From IMG/VR virus record IMGVR_UViG_3300012665_001805: 64,000 bases of DNA. One strand, written 5' to 3'. The position numbers and the translations under genes were made by a program. Below are positions 36,336 to 46,317 of the stretch, one piece after another (position 1 is the first letter of the stretch; each line of letters starts with the position of its first letter). The notes under the pieces are model-generated. The model ran no database searches. It saw only the letters and a list, made by a program, of their open reading frames with translations, and had not been told where the DNA came from. Source of the DNA: a virus. Lineage: Duplodnaviria; Heunggongvirae; Uroviricota; Caudoviricetes.

Positions 36336-37294
36336 TATAGTCCTGCTAATTTTTTCATTCTATATAAATCAAAGTCAAAATCCATTTCTTCTTTTAATGT
36401 TGCTTTTTTTACTAGAAGTTTTTGCCTTTGGTCTTTTGAAATACCTGTTACTACTAATTTATATTGAATTCCATCTTCTGTTTTAGATGATTCAGTTTCG
36501 TATTTTGCTGTTGGAACATCTCCAATTTCTTTTTGGAATGTTTTACGGATTTTATCAATTTTATCTAAACTATCAGCTGTTACAGACAATGGTGGTACTG
36601 TTTCTGCTTTTGGTTTTTCTACTGTTTTTGGTGCTTCACCTCCATCTTGTTCAACATCTACTAAAGTATATTCAACTTTAGCATTATCCATAATTGTTTT
36701 CAATACTTTAGACAAATATGGTTTTGTTTTGTATGGATTTTCAAGTGTTGAAGGGAAAATGATTTTACCATCTTTTACTACATAGTGAATATCTTGCTCC
36801 AATTTACCACCGTATTTTTTCAAATTATCTGGGGTTTTCATTGGGTAGTAATTTTTTCCGTATGTACCAACTAAACTTTTTGGAAGTGATTTACCTGAAA
36901 GTGTGAATAAATAGTCATTTAAGCTACCATCATTTCCTTCTGCTTGCCATCTTTCAAATCCAGATTCTGCTTCTTTTTCAGTTGCAGCCCATGCTTCAGG
37001 TACTCTATTTTTAATATCAATTATCTTGAATGCTTTTTCGTCTTCTGAACGAGAATCCCAATCTTTCCAAGCAGCTCCAGCTTTTTGAGCAGGAATTGAT
37101 GGTCCAAATGCTTTTACAATTGCTTTAGGGTCACGCATATTCTGCGCGTAAATACCGTAATTAGCGGTATTGTTCAAAGCATCAAGTGCCGCGTTTACAT
37201 CGGTTGGTTGAACAGCAAGATCGTAATTGACCTTCATTTGCTTCATTCCATCTTCGTCACCTTCGATTTCGCGTAATATATCTGTTAATTTCAT
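36335..37294 (-). CDS. hypothetical protein (replication-module)
   Basis: 319 aa, Lys/Glu-rich. Confidence 0.3.
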   Translation of the reverse strand: MKLTDILREIEGDEDGMKQMKVNYDLAVQPTDVNAALDALNNTANYGIYAQNMRDPKAIVKAFGPSIPAQKAGAAWKDWDSRSEDEKAFKIIDIKNRVPEAWAATEKEAESGFERWQAEGNDGSLNDYLFTLSGKSLPKSLVGTYGKNYYPMKTPDNLKKYGGKLEQDIHYVVKDGKIIFPSTLENPYKTKPYLSKVLKTIMDNAKVEYTLVDVEQDGGEAPKTVEKPKAETVPPLSVTADSLDKIDKIRKTFQKEIGDVPTAKYETESSKTEDGIQYKLVVTGISKDQRQKLLVKKATLKEEMDFDFDLYRMKKLAGL

Positions 37295-37316
37295 TTAAAG
37301 TACTTTATTATACATA

Positions 37317-37565
37317 TTAGTAATCTCCGTAGATGTTGTATCGCTTAGGTGGTTCCGGTTTTTTATTTTCGGTTCGTATAACATATACTTTACTATCTAA
37401 AGGAGCTAAACGGAATTCTGCTTTTTCTTGGTTTTTTTCAAACCATGCCTCTAAAACACTAGTAAGTGAATTATATACTGTTTTGGTATCATCACCAACA
37501 AGCACCCAGTTATCACCAGGTGCTTGTCTATTAGCGATTAATTCATTGTATTCTACTTGTTCCAT
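37317..37565 (-). CDS. hypothetical protein
   Basis: 82 aa. Confidence 0.3.
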   Translation of the reverse strand: MEQVEYNELIANRQAPGDNWVLVGDDTKTVYNSLTSVLEAWFEKNQEKAEFRLAPLDSKVYVIRTENKKPEPPKRYNIYGDY

Positions 37566-37566
37566 A

Positions 37567-39204
37567 TTACATCATTCCAGCCATCATAGAAGGATCAAAT
37601 CCACCTTCTTTTTTGTCTTCTGGAGTATCAACAATGGTACATTCTGTTAATAGAATTGTTCCTGCAATTGAAGCAGCATTCATAAGTGCATTTTTAGTTA
37701 CTTTATGTGGATCGATAATACCTGCTTCTTTCATATTAACGATAGATTCTGTTTTGATATTATAACCACTCCATGTTCCATCGGTTTTACCAATTTCCAT
37801 ATTGATTGGATACATATCACGCTCATCATATCCTGCGTTATGTAAAATTGTTTCAAATGGTTTACCACATGCTTTGTAAACTAATTTTTTACCATATTTG
37901 AAATCATCTGATTCAGATTTTGAATAAGTAATTCCTTCACGTGCATATAATAAAGCTGAACCCCCACCTGGTACAATACCATCTTCTAAGGCACATTGTG
38001 TAGCATGTAAAGCATCGTCTACACGGTCTTTTTTCTCTTTCATTTCAGTTTCAGTGTTTCCACCTACATGAACTAAAGCAACTCCACCCGCAAATTTAGA
38101 TAAACGTTCTTGCAATTTTTCTGATTCAAATGGAGTAGCAGCTTTCTCAATTTGTGAAGTAAGTTCTTCAGCACGTTTTGAAATTGATTCTTCACTACCA
38201 TTACCATCAACAATTGTTGTTTGTTCTTTAGTAACTGTTACTGTTCGAGCTTCACCAAACCATTCCCAATTGAATTTATCCAATTTCATAGCTTTGTCTT
38301 TATCAAACACAGTACCACCAGTTAAGATAGCAATATCTTCAAGAATCAATTTTCTACGCTCACCAAAGTCAGGTGCTTTAACAGCACATACTTTTAATGT
38401 ACCTCGCATTTTATTTACAATAAGTGTTGCTAATGCTTCACCATCGATATCTTCTGCAATGATTAATAAGGATTTACCTTTTTGAGATACACCTTCTAAG
38501 ATAGGTAATAATTCTTTTACTTGTGTAAAACGGTGATCAGCAATTAAGATGTAAGCATCCGTTAACAATGTTGACATATTGTTATTATTTGTAACAAAGT
38601 ATGGAGATTTATAACCTCTGTCAAATTGCATACCTTCTACAACTTCTAAATATGTTTCGTCTGTTTTAGATTCTTCAATATAAACTACACCTTCACGTCC
38701 TACTTTTTCCATAGCACGAGAGATCAATTTACCTACTTCAGGATCATTATTTGCTGAGATAGTAGCAATTTGTTCTAGTTGTTCTTCGGATGAAATTTTT
38801 TCTGAATTGTCTTTAAGTACTTTAAGTACTTCTTTTACTCCAGCATCAATTCCACGTTTGATTTCAACTGCATTCGCTCCTTCATTTAATTTGGTTAAAC
38901 CACCTTTAACTAATTCACGAGCTAATAAAGTAGATGTTGTTGTACCATCTCCAGCATGATCAGCTGTTTTAATAGCGGCTTGTTTTACCATTTGAGCACC
39001 TAAATCCTCAATTGGATCTTCCAATGAAGCAATTTGTTTTGCTACAGATACACCGTCTTTTGTTGAAACAACCATTCCATTCTCAATATACACAACATTA
39101 CGTCCGTTTGGACCTAAAGTTGCTACTACCGCGTCTGCTAAAGTATCAATACCTTTAACTAATTTTTTTCGAGCTTCTGCTCCAAATTCAATTCTCTTAC
39201 TCAT
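37567..39204 (-). CDS. groEL: chaperonin GroEL (Cpn60)
   Basis: 545 aa; canonical GroEL motifs incl. ATP site DGTTT, LEDGIVPGGG, C-terminal GGM-like tail (MMAGMM). Confidence 0.95.
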   Translation of the reverse strand: MSKRIEFGAEARKKLVKGIDTLADAVVATLGPNGRNVVYIENGMVVSTKDGVSVAKQIASLEDPIEDLGAQMVKQAAIKTADHAGDGTTTSTLLARELVKGGLTKLNEGANAVEIKRGIDAGVKEVLKVLKDNSEKISSEEQLEQIATISANNDPEVGKLISRAMEKVGREGVVYIEESKTDETYLEVVEGMQFDRGYKSPYFVTNNNNMSTLLTDAYILIADHRFTQVKELLPILEGVSQKGKSLLIIAEDIDGEALATLIVNKMRGTLKVCAVKAPDFGERRKLILEDIAILTGGTVFDKDKAMKLDKFNWEWFGEARTVTVTKEQTTIVDGNGSEESISKRAEELTSQIEKAATPFESEKLQERLSKFAGGVALVHVGGNTETEMKEKKDRVDDALHATQCALEDGIVPGGGSALLYAREGITYSKSESDDFKYGKKLVYKACGKPFETILHNAGYDERDMYPINMEIGKTDGTWSGYNIKTESIVNMKEAGIIDPHKVTKNALMNAASIAGTILLTECTIVDTPEDKKEGGFDPSMMAGMM

Positions 39205-39502
39205 TCTCGTCTGTTGTTATAGTTGCTAAAATTTGTTGTTCAGATCCAACATAAAATTCATCTCCATTAAATTGTAATTTAGTGAATCCCATTGTAGGTA
39301 ATACTACGATATCTCCTACTTTTGTTTCTGTTGGGATAAATTCTCCTGTTACAGTATGTTTACCTGGGCCTACTGAAACCACTTCTCCTTGTTCATTTCT
39401 GTCTTTACCTGCATCAGGTACTACAATTGACCCGTACATTGTTTCTTCAGTCTCTAAAGGTTTAACAATAACCGCGTCAAATTTTGCATTTAACTTTCTC
39501 AT
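39197..39502 (-). CDS. groES: co-chaperonin GroES (Cpn10)
   Basis: 101 aa immediately upstream of and overlapping groEL; mobile-loop-like segment, beta-barrel pattern. Confidence 0.8.
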   Translation of the reverse strand: MRKLNAKFDAVIVKPLETEETMYGSIVVPDAGKDRNEQGEVVSVGPGKHTVTGEFIPTETKVGDIVVLPTMGFTKLQFNGDEFYVGSEQQILATITTDENE

Positions 39503-39855
39503 AATTCTACTTTATTTAACATTGTTTCTAATCCGTCTTTAACAGTATTCCAAGTACCAATATAATCCTGAATGGATTCATATTCTGCTTGGTTTTGATA
39601 AAATTTTTCTTTGGCTACACGATTTAACGCGTTTTTGAATGAGGTATAATAACCTACTACTTTTTCAGTTTCTTTACCTGTTGCTTTCTTACCAGCAAAT
39701 CCTCTAGTGGATGTTGATCTTTCTACAACGGTAAAATTAGATGAATCTTTGACAATATAAAATGGTTCCATAGATGGATCCTTAATTGTACATAAATTGG
39801 ATTGTGTGTCATTCTCGTCTCTAGCGGGACGACCGCGTCGTTTGGTTTCTTCCAT
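39499..39855 (-). CDS. hypothetical protein
   Basis: 118 aa; promoter motif at 39890-39899. Confidence 0.3.
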   Translation of the reverse strand: MEETKRRGRPARDENDTQSNLCTIKDPSMEPFYIVKDSSNFTVVERSTSTRGFAGKKATGKETEKVVGYYTSFKNALNRVAKEKFYQNQAEYESIQDYIGTWNTVKDGLETMLNKVEL

Positions 39856-39889
39856 AACTAATTTTAAATTTATAACTATAATATACGAA

Positions 39890-39899
39890 AACTTATTTG
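39890..39899 (-). promoter_or_regulatory. promoter-like motif TTCGTATATT
   Basis: 35 nt upstream of ORF 39499..39855 (upstream of groES-groEL). Confidence 0.45.
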
Positions 39900-39923
39900 A
39901 ATTTCCTAATTCTATTATACATA

Positions 39924-40658
39924 CTAGAAAGCACTTTCTTCTTTACGAACCATGTAATATTCGCTTGTAGTATCTTCTGATTTGAATTCAAGTTTCATTA
40001 GGCCTTGGTAACTTAAGTATAGGGTACCACTTTCTAGATCTTTATTTGCTTGAAATATATTTTTAAATATATCTGAATTAAATGGGATTTCGGCTTTCTC
40101 TGGTTTAATTTTACCATACATTTGGTAGGTAATCTTGTTGTTGTGGCCTTGCTCATCTCCAAATGTGAATACACACATATCATCATCGTTCAAATCTTTA
40201 TCAACAGATACTGTTAATAGACCAACTCCTGCTAAAGCGGATTTTGCTTTAACTAGATTGTCGACATTTTCTTTCTCAAGTGGAAGTACAGCATCCCATT
40301 CAGGTTCACTTACAGCACCTACTTTACCAATTAGTAAAGGATCAGCTAATGCATAAGTTAAGTTGAATGAGGCATCAGCAAATTTCATTTTGGTATAAAC
40401 CGATTTACCTTTCTCTAACTCAAACATTAATTCACCTTGAGTGATACCTAATAGGTTCAATAGTTTTTTGGTATCGAAAATAGCTAATTCACTATCCTCA
40501 ATATCAATATTGTTGTGAGTGATTTTACCTATTACCTCTTTTGAAATTGACATAAAGTCAATTGTAAGGGTTTTGTCTTTGATTTTCCACTTGACGGACT
40601 CGTTTTCGCCCAAGTAGTATTTGTTTATAACGCTTTGTAGAACTAATTTATTTACCAT
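39924..40658 (-). CDS. putative DNA polymerase sliding clamp (gp45-like)
   Basis: 244 aa acidic protein between DNA polymerase and clamp loader; weak collinearity with T4 gp45. Confidence 0.4.
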   Translation of the reverse strand: MVNKLVLQSVINKYYLGENESVKWKIKDKTLTIDFMSISKEVIGKITHNNIDIEDSELAIFDTKKLLNLLGITQGELMFELEKGKSVYTKMKFADASFNLTYALADPLLIGKVGAVSEPEWDAVLPLEKENVDNLVKAKSALAGVGLLTVSVDKDLNDDDMCVFTFGDEQGHNNKITYQMYGKIKPEKAEIPFNSDIFKNIFQANKDLESGTLYLSYQGLMKLEFKSEDTTSEYYMVRKEESAF

Positions 40659-40690
40659 ATTATAAATGTATGAAATATTTTTTAATTATC

Positions 40691-43420
40691 CTAGTTGAAT
40701 GTAAAGAACTTTGCTTTAAACGGGTTCAAATTGAAATCCCAACCAATATCATTGTATACGGTTTCTAATTTGTTTCGCATTACACTATCAAATAAACCAT
40801 CTCTATCAATATATTTGTTGATTAATTCAGTAATGTCATCTGGATCATTGTAGCCGTTGTATCCTATAGCATCAATCTGGTATGGGTTTGGTTTTAGATT
40901 GGCTATATACATTTTGTCTCCAATTGTAAATTCAGGGTATTTGACATTAAGTTTCTTGTATCTCAAGAAATCATTGTATCTAATAGCTGCTTTAGTGTTT
41001 ACTGGGCATTTCAATTTTAGTTTAGTAAACAATTCACCTGCCATAGGTCTACGTTCAATATATTCACCCATTTTTTTCAATCCAGTTGGTTTCAATAGCT
41101 TAATCCATTCAATTTCACCTACCATTTGTTTGAATTCCATTACGTCTTTATCTATTTCGGTTTTGGGTTTACCAAATAGGATATTTTTGATCAGGTTTTC
41201 TCCAAAGTTTCTAAATAGAGGTGGGAAGTTGGATTTCATAATATCTAATCCCTTCATCTCTAATTCCTCGATTTCAACACCTTCTTTATTTACAATATAC
41301 ATTGCATAACGGCGTTTACCAGACCAATACGCTTTTTCAGCGATTACCTCTTGTTTGAGTACAAAGTGGTGTGCTTCGGTCATATTAAACAGATCTTGCG
41401 ATATATTGTTTAGATTATCGTTTGCTACTTGTTGTAGTTCCTCAGTCAAGACAAGCAATCGTTTAATTTTCTCTTCACGATCATCATATTTTAAATCTGG
41501 GTTTCTGTGTTTTAACAAGTCCGTTAGTTCCATATAAAGTGAATCGGTATCAGAGGCGATTACAAATGTTCTAGGGTCAATATCTAATTGTTCTGAAATG
41601 TAGTCGTTTACAAATGCAATAGATTCTTTAGTAAGTCTCTGTCCGCTATTGGTAATGGCTGCAGAGCATATTTTGAATCCATCTGTAAAACGCCATGAAT
41701 TAATTGCATACGTACCATATAATGCGTTTTGAAGGATTTTGAATGCCATTTGATACAAGTCATACAATTTGTAGTTTACCCAATCCTCTGATTTACCTGC
41801 TGTTTTCTTAAGTGCTCTATAGTGCTCTCGTTTATCGAACCAATCCTCTAGTACCTCACAAGCTATACTCTTTTGATCCGTTCTATAAAATGCTCCACTG
41901 GCTGAGATAGTCCAATTATTATCTTCAATTAATTTGATTAAAGCACCTACAGCTATTTTAGCATCTTTTAGAGCATAAGTAGATTTGACTAGTTTTTGTA
42001 TATGTAGTTTTTCCTCGGGGTCAAGTTTCTTTAACTGCTCGAGTGAATTATATTGCTCGTAATTGTTTTTTGTAACAATTCTACCTACTAGTGTTTCAAC
42101 ACCCAAATTCAATGATTTGATAATTGAAGGATATAGTGAGGTAAAGTCAAGGTCACTTACATCTGAATATAAGCCAGGGATAGGATCAAGTAAATAACCA
42201 CCTGCGTAACTATCTTTTTTACGGATTGTTTTAGGGTAACGATTTAGATATTTTCCGGACATTGTTTTTACTACAATATTGTCTTTCTCAAAGCTATATA
42301 CAGTACCTTCAATTGTTGGAGTACCTCGTTGATGTATAACGTGATCACCGAGTTCAAGCTCTCTAATGGATGGATTCGTTGTAGTTGGCTTGTTTGGTGC
42401 AATAATATTCTTACGTTTTAAATACGTTAAAATCGCTCCCTCATTCAATGCTGTATTGTAATAGATGGATTCATATGGTGTATGACATAAATGGGAAATC
42501 AAAATAGTCAATTCAATGAACTTTAATTTCTCCTCTAATACCTCAATGATCTCAACATCTCGAATGTTATAGTCAATAAACTTAATTGGGTCTTCTTTAA
42601 ATAAAGTGTCTAAGCTACCATTATACTCAATTTTACCTAACTTAGCATATTTCAAACCAATATCACCTAATTTATATGATGGTTCTTCCTTAGCAATATA
42701 TTTTTTTAACAGCAACATATAATCCAAACTGTTAACAAGTCCAATTCTAATTGGATCGTTTGGTTGAGATAATGTTTCTGTAATTTTACCTACTGGGGAT
42801 AAGCGGTATACTTCATCTCCTAAACGTTTTTGGATTCTATAATACAAATATGGGATATCGAAGAAATCACTATTATAACCTGCAACGATTGTAGGATCCA
42901 TTTGTTCCCATTTGCTTAAGAACTTACGTAATAAAGTGTTTTCATCAGGACAAGATACAATGACTTTACCATCTTGATTCATATCCTCAATCGCACCTGC
43001 TTTATCTAAGATAAAACATATTTTTTCCTTAGTGGAAACATCAATTAAAGCAATAGCTGTAACCTCAGCATTTGCTTCTCTAATTGTTTGTGGTGTAAGG
43101 GCTCCTAGGATTTCGATCTCAATATCCAGATAAACTGTATTGTGATATGAAGGCATATCATCTGATTGGTAATATAGATCTCTTAAGATTACTAGTTCAC
43201 GATCAATATCCTTTTCATAAATTGTAGGATCTTTTCTATCATATTTGCCTTGGAATGGAGAACATCTATCACCAAATAGTGTTTCAAATTCTCCATCCTC
43301 ATCGAGCTTATATAGGGTAGGCCAATATTGGAATTTGTGTATTCCTTTTTTATCGTCCCGTAGATAGTAATGGTACTGATCTTCACCTGGTAACCTGTTA
43401 TAGAAAACAGATTGGTACAT
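40691..43420 (-). CDS. family B DNA polymerase with 3'-5' exonuclease domain
   Basis: Exo I YLDIEIE, motif A DFTSLYPSII, motif C IASDTDSLY; 909 aa. Confidence 0.95.
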   Translation of the reverse strand: MYQSVFYNRLPGEDQYHYYLRDDKKGIHKFQYWPTLYKLDEDGEFETLFGDRCSPFQGKYDRKDPTIYEKDIDRELVILRDLYYQSDDMPSYHNTVYLDIEIEILGALTPQTIREANAEVTAIALIDVSTKEKICFILDKAGAIEDMNQDGKVIVSCPDENTLLRKFLSKWEQMDPTIVAGYNSDFFDIPYLYYRIQKRLGDEVYRLSPVGKITETLSQPNDPIRIGLVNSLDYMLLLKKYIAKEEPSYKLGDIGLKYAKLGKIEYNGSLDTLFKEDPIKFIDYNIRDVEIIEVLEEKLKFIELTILISHLCHTPYESIYYNTALNEGAILTYLKRKNIIAPNKPTTTNPSIRELELGDHVIHQRGTPTIEGTVYSFEKDNIVVKTMSGKYLNRYPKTIRKKDSYAGGYLLDPIPGLYSDVSDLDFTSLYPSIIKSLNLGVETLVGRIVTKNNYEQYNSLEQLKKLDPEEKLHIQKLVKSTYALKDAKIAVGALIKLIEDNNWTISASGAFYRTDQKSIACEVLEDWFDKREHYRALKKTAGKSEDWVNYKLYDLYQMAFKILQNALYGTYAINSWRFTDGFKICSAAITNSGQRLTKESIAFVNDYISEQLDIDPRTFVIASDTDSLYMELTDLLKHRNPDLKYDDREEKIKRLLVLTEELQQVANDNLNNISQDLFNMTEAHHFVLKQEVIAEKAYWSGKRRYAMYIVNKEGVEIEELEMKGLDIMKSNFPPLFRNFGENLIKNILFGKPKTEIDKDVMEFKQMVGEIEWIKLLKPTGLKKMGEYIERRPMAGELFTKLKLKCPVNTKAAIRYNDFLRYKKLNVKYPEFTIGDKMYIANLKPNPYQIDAIGYNGYNDPDDITELINKYIDRDGLFDSVMRNKLETVYNDIGWDFNLNPFKAKFFTFN

Positions 43421-43435
43421 AACTTTTATTTTAAA

Positions 43436-43711
43436 TTATTTTTTACGTGTTGTAGTCTTTTTAGGGATAACTACTTCCTCTACAGTTGGTTCTTCAACTA
43501 CTACTTCTTCTACTACCTCTACAGTTGGTTCTTCAATAATTACTTCTTCTACTACCTCTACAGTTGGTTCTTCAACTACTACTTCTTCAGTAGGAAATAA
43601 AGATGCTTCTAATTCATTAAGTAAATTCATAGTTTCAGTATACTTAATATTTGGTTGGGACCAATAAGTAGCATGTTTTAAACTAGCTATAATTTCTTGT
43701 GGTGTTCTCAT
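43436..43711 (-). CDS. acidic repeat protein (EEPTVEVVEEV repeats)
   Basis: three tandem 16-aa repeats encoded by ~48-bp DNA repeats. Confidence 0.45.
   Translation of the reverse strand: MRTPQEIIASLKHATYWSQPNIKYTETMNLLNELEASLFPTEEVVVEEPTVEVVEEVIIEEPTVEVVEEVVVEEPTVEEVVIPKKTTTRKK
43455..43600. repeat. tandem direct repeat, ~48-bp unit x3
   Basis: ctacagttggttcttcaa(c/t)(t/a)a(c/t)tacttcttctactacct repeated. Confidence 0.7.
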
Positions 43712-43713
43712 AA

Positions 43714-44394
43714 TTATTTATTTAAAAATTGTGTTAGATTTGGTCTAAAGTAATTAATGTTTTTCATTACCTTTCTGTCACGCGTTCTATAGACGATATA
43801 ATATCTACCAACCTTCTCATAGTGACATGCTTCCTCTTGCTCGGAAGAACGTACTCTAACGGTTTCTTGTGCCTCTTCTTCGCTTGTACAAGCTTTGCTA
43901 AGATTGGACGCTTGTACTTCTTGATACGCGGGCCATACTTTATTCTTAAGACCATGTAGCATAGCACCGTTACCCAATGAAACATAGGTAATGTCACATA
44001 GAGCATCAAGAACTTCAACAATGTTTCCCGTTTCACAAGCGTGTTTGTATTCTTCAAGTTCTTCCAAAATAAAATTATAGACAAACATCCACTCCTTCTC
44101 ATCGGGAATGACCGGGGTATAATTATTTGGTTTCCCCATAATTGCATTAAATTCTTCAACTTCTGATACAAATGGAACATAGGCGTCTTTCATTTGGGAG
44201 ATTTCTTGATTTAATCGAGACCATTCTTTAGTTACATCATTTCCAAGTTCAATTTTAGACATCATAGAAAGATCTACTACTTGACTTGTTAATAAATTAA
44301 TTAACTCTGTTTGTTTTTGTTCTAGGGTCATAGGGATTGCTTTTTTAGCTAGGAATGGAAGTATTTTATTTTTATATGCTTTAAAAGTTCTCAT
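43714..44394 (-). CDS. MazG-like nucleoside triphosphate pyrophosphohydrolase (all-alpha NTP-PPase)
   Basis: EELEEYKHA ... EVLDALCDI E-x2-E ... D metal-binding pattern. Confidence 0.5.
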   Translation of the reverse strand: MRTFKAYKNKILPFLAKKAIPMTLEQKQTELINLLTSQVVDLSMMSKIELGNDVTKEWSRLNQEISQMKDAYVPFVSEVEEFNAIMGKPNNYTPVIPDEKEWMFVYNFILEELEEYKHACETGNIVEVLDALCDITYVSLGNGAMLHGLKNKVWPAYQEVQASNLSKACTSEEEAQETVRVRSSEQEEACHYEKVGRYYIVYRTRDRKVMKNINYFRPNLTQFLNK

Positions 44395-45089
44395 ATCTGA
44401 TGTCCTCCATTATTAATTTTTAATGAATCAAAGAATTCTTTACGTGCTTGATTATTATTTTCCATAAACACACCTGATGCTTTAGTTGTAACCATTGAAG
44501 CACCTTGGTGTTTAACACCTCTACAAGATACACAATTGTGGGTTGCTACTACTGTAACAATTACACCTCTGTTTTTCTCACAAATTTTATCTACTGCTTG
44601 GTGAATAGCTGCTGTTAATTGTTCTTGGATAGCACCTCTACGACCAAAATGTTCTACAATTCGGTTCAATTTAGATAATCCAATTACTCGACCTTCATCT
44701 CCAACGATATAACCAATATGAACTACTCCTCCAATTGTTTGGTGGTGGTGAGAACACATTGAAGTTAATGGGATGTTTCTCTCAATTACGATACCATTAT
44801 ATCCGTCTGAAGGAAATGAAGTAATATCTGACATTGCTGTATATCTACCTGAAAATAAATCGAATACATAAGCTTTAGCTACACGTCTAGGTGTATTATC
44901 GGAGTTTGGATCGTTTTCCCAATCAACACCTAATGCTGTAAGGAATTCACCATACGCTTTTTCAGCTTTATCAACCATTTCCCATTTTTGTTCTTCGGTA
45001 AGGGGGAACCCAGGTGCAACTCCATTCGCGAAACCTGTTTTAACACACTCTAAATCAGTGTGGTTTTTTCTACGTTTGTTTTCTGACAT
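44391..45089 (-). CDS. folE: GTP cyclohydrolase I (FolE)
   Basis: SMCSHHHQ (cf. SMCEHHL), VIGLSKLNRIVE, HQAV...RGV motifs. Confidence 0.9.
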   Translation of the reverse strand: MSENKRRKNHTDLECVKTGFANGVAPGFPLTEEQKWEMVDKAEKAYGEFLTALGVDWENDPNSDNTPRRVAKAYVFDLFSGRYTAMSDITSFPSDGYNGIVIERNIPLTSMCSHHHQTIGGVVHIGYIVGDEGRVIGLSKLNRIVEHFGRRGAIQEQLTAAIHQAVDKICEKNRGVIVTVVATHNCVSCRGVKHQGASMVTTKASGVFMENNNQARKEFFDSLKINNGGHQI

Positions 45090-45345
45090 ATAACTTAATT
45101 AATTTATGTATTTAATGTATGAAGGATATTTGGGGTATCCAAGTTAAAATGAGGGGAGCGAATCAAAATCAATAATCTAGTCCGGGTTCAAAGAGATTTA
45201 AATTTATTGAAATGCGCGAGGATTGATGTTTTGAGTTTTTGAATTTTGATTGGGCGTACCTTATCATCATCACTTATCCGCTATGTGGCTCATAGTTGAA
45301 TTGTAAGAACATCGAAAATCAATTTCTCATCACTCCCTACTCAAA

Positions 45346-45774
45346 TTAAATTTGTGTTGTTGCGTTATGAACGTCCAACTCAGCTTGAATTTCTTCAATT
45401 CTTGCTTCTAATGTTTGCACCATCGTATCAAGTTGGGCAATATTAATTTCTACTTCTTTTACAGATACTACTGAGCTGTATCGTGCTTCAGATTTTCCTT
45501 CTTCCGTTGGAATTTTTCTTAATTCCTTGATACGGTTTTTTAACTCAGCCATACGGAAAATCTTATCGTATACCGGAGCGTTTGCTAGATGGATTTTAGT
45601 TTTTAACTCTGTTAACTCTAAAGTTAACTCAACTGCTTTATCCAATGCTGCTTGCACCGAATAACGTCTAATATTCCCTTCTTCTTGGGAATTAAATTTT
45701 TGTGCAATTTGGTATTGCTTTTTTAGTTCAATAACTAATTTGTTTTTTTGCTTTAATGCTTGAGATACATTCAT
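45346..45774 (-). CDS. coiled-coil hypothetical protein
   Basis: 142 aa heptad-rich. Confidence 0.3.
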   Translation of the reverse strand: MNVSQALKQKNKLVIELKKQYQIAQKFNSQEEGNIRRYSVQAALDKAVELTLELTELKTKIHLANAPVYDKIFRMAELKNRIKELRKIPTEEGKSEARYSSVVSVKEVEINIAQLDTMVQTLEARIEEIQAELDVHNATTQI

Positions 45775-45822
45775 GACTTTTATTTTTGTTATAATATACT
45801 AAATTTATTTACATTATCCAAG

Positions 45823-46317
45823 TTAGAGTGCGTAAATATAATCTAAATTACGCTCTTTTTTATTGTTATCCATCCCATAACCTACTACCCATTCATCTTG
45901 AATTATGAAACCATAATGTAAAGGATAATCAGGTATTGGAGAGATATCTCTAGTTAATAAAGTAACTACTTCTATTGTCTTAGGGTTGAAACTAGATAAA
46001 TGATTTACAATAGAATCTAAAGTAGTTCCAGAATCATAAAAATCATCTACTACATATACCGTTTTTCCTTCAATATCTGCTTCAATATCTTTTGTAATGT
46101 GAACTACACCTTGATCTTGACCATTATATGATTTAGCTCTCATAAAATCAAATTCAACATCTGTTGACATGTTTCTTACTAAATCACTAAAGAACATAAC
46201 TCCACCATTTAATACACAAATCATTACAACATCATCATTTTCAGTGTGTTTAAAATCAATGGTGTGAGCCATTTCTGTTACTTTATCTTGGATTTGTTTA
46301 GATGTAAATAAAATCAT
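45823..46317 (-). CDS. hypoxanthine/guanine phosphoribosyltransferase-like PRTase
   Basis: PRPP motif VYVVDDFYDSGTTL; C-terminal WVVGYGMD...RNLDYIY (cf. Hpt FVVGYGLDYAERYRNLPYI). Confidence 0.8.
   Translation of the reverse strand: MILFTSKQIQDKVTEMAHTIDFKHTENDDVVMICVLNGGVMFFSDLVRNMSTDVEFDFMRAKSYNGQDQGVVHITKDIEADIEGKTVYVVDDFYDSGTTLDSIVNHLSSFNPKTIEVVTLLTRDISPIPDYPLHYGFIIQDEWVVGYGMDNNKKERNLDYIYAL

Noticed and set aside
43767-44180. 137-aa ORF in alternate frame within the MazG-like gene
   Set aside because: Same strand, different frame, fully nested; the MazG-like frame carries the conserved E-x2-E...D motif.
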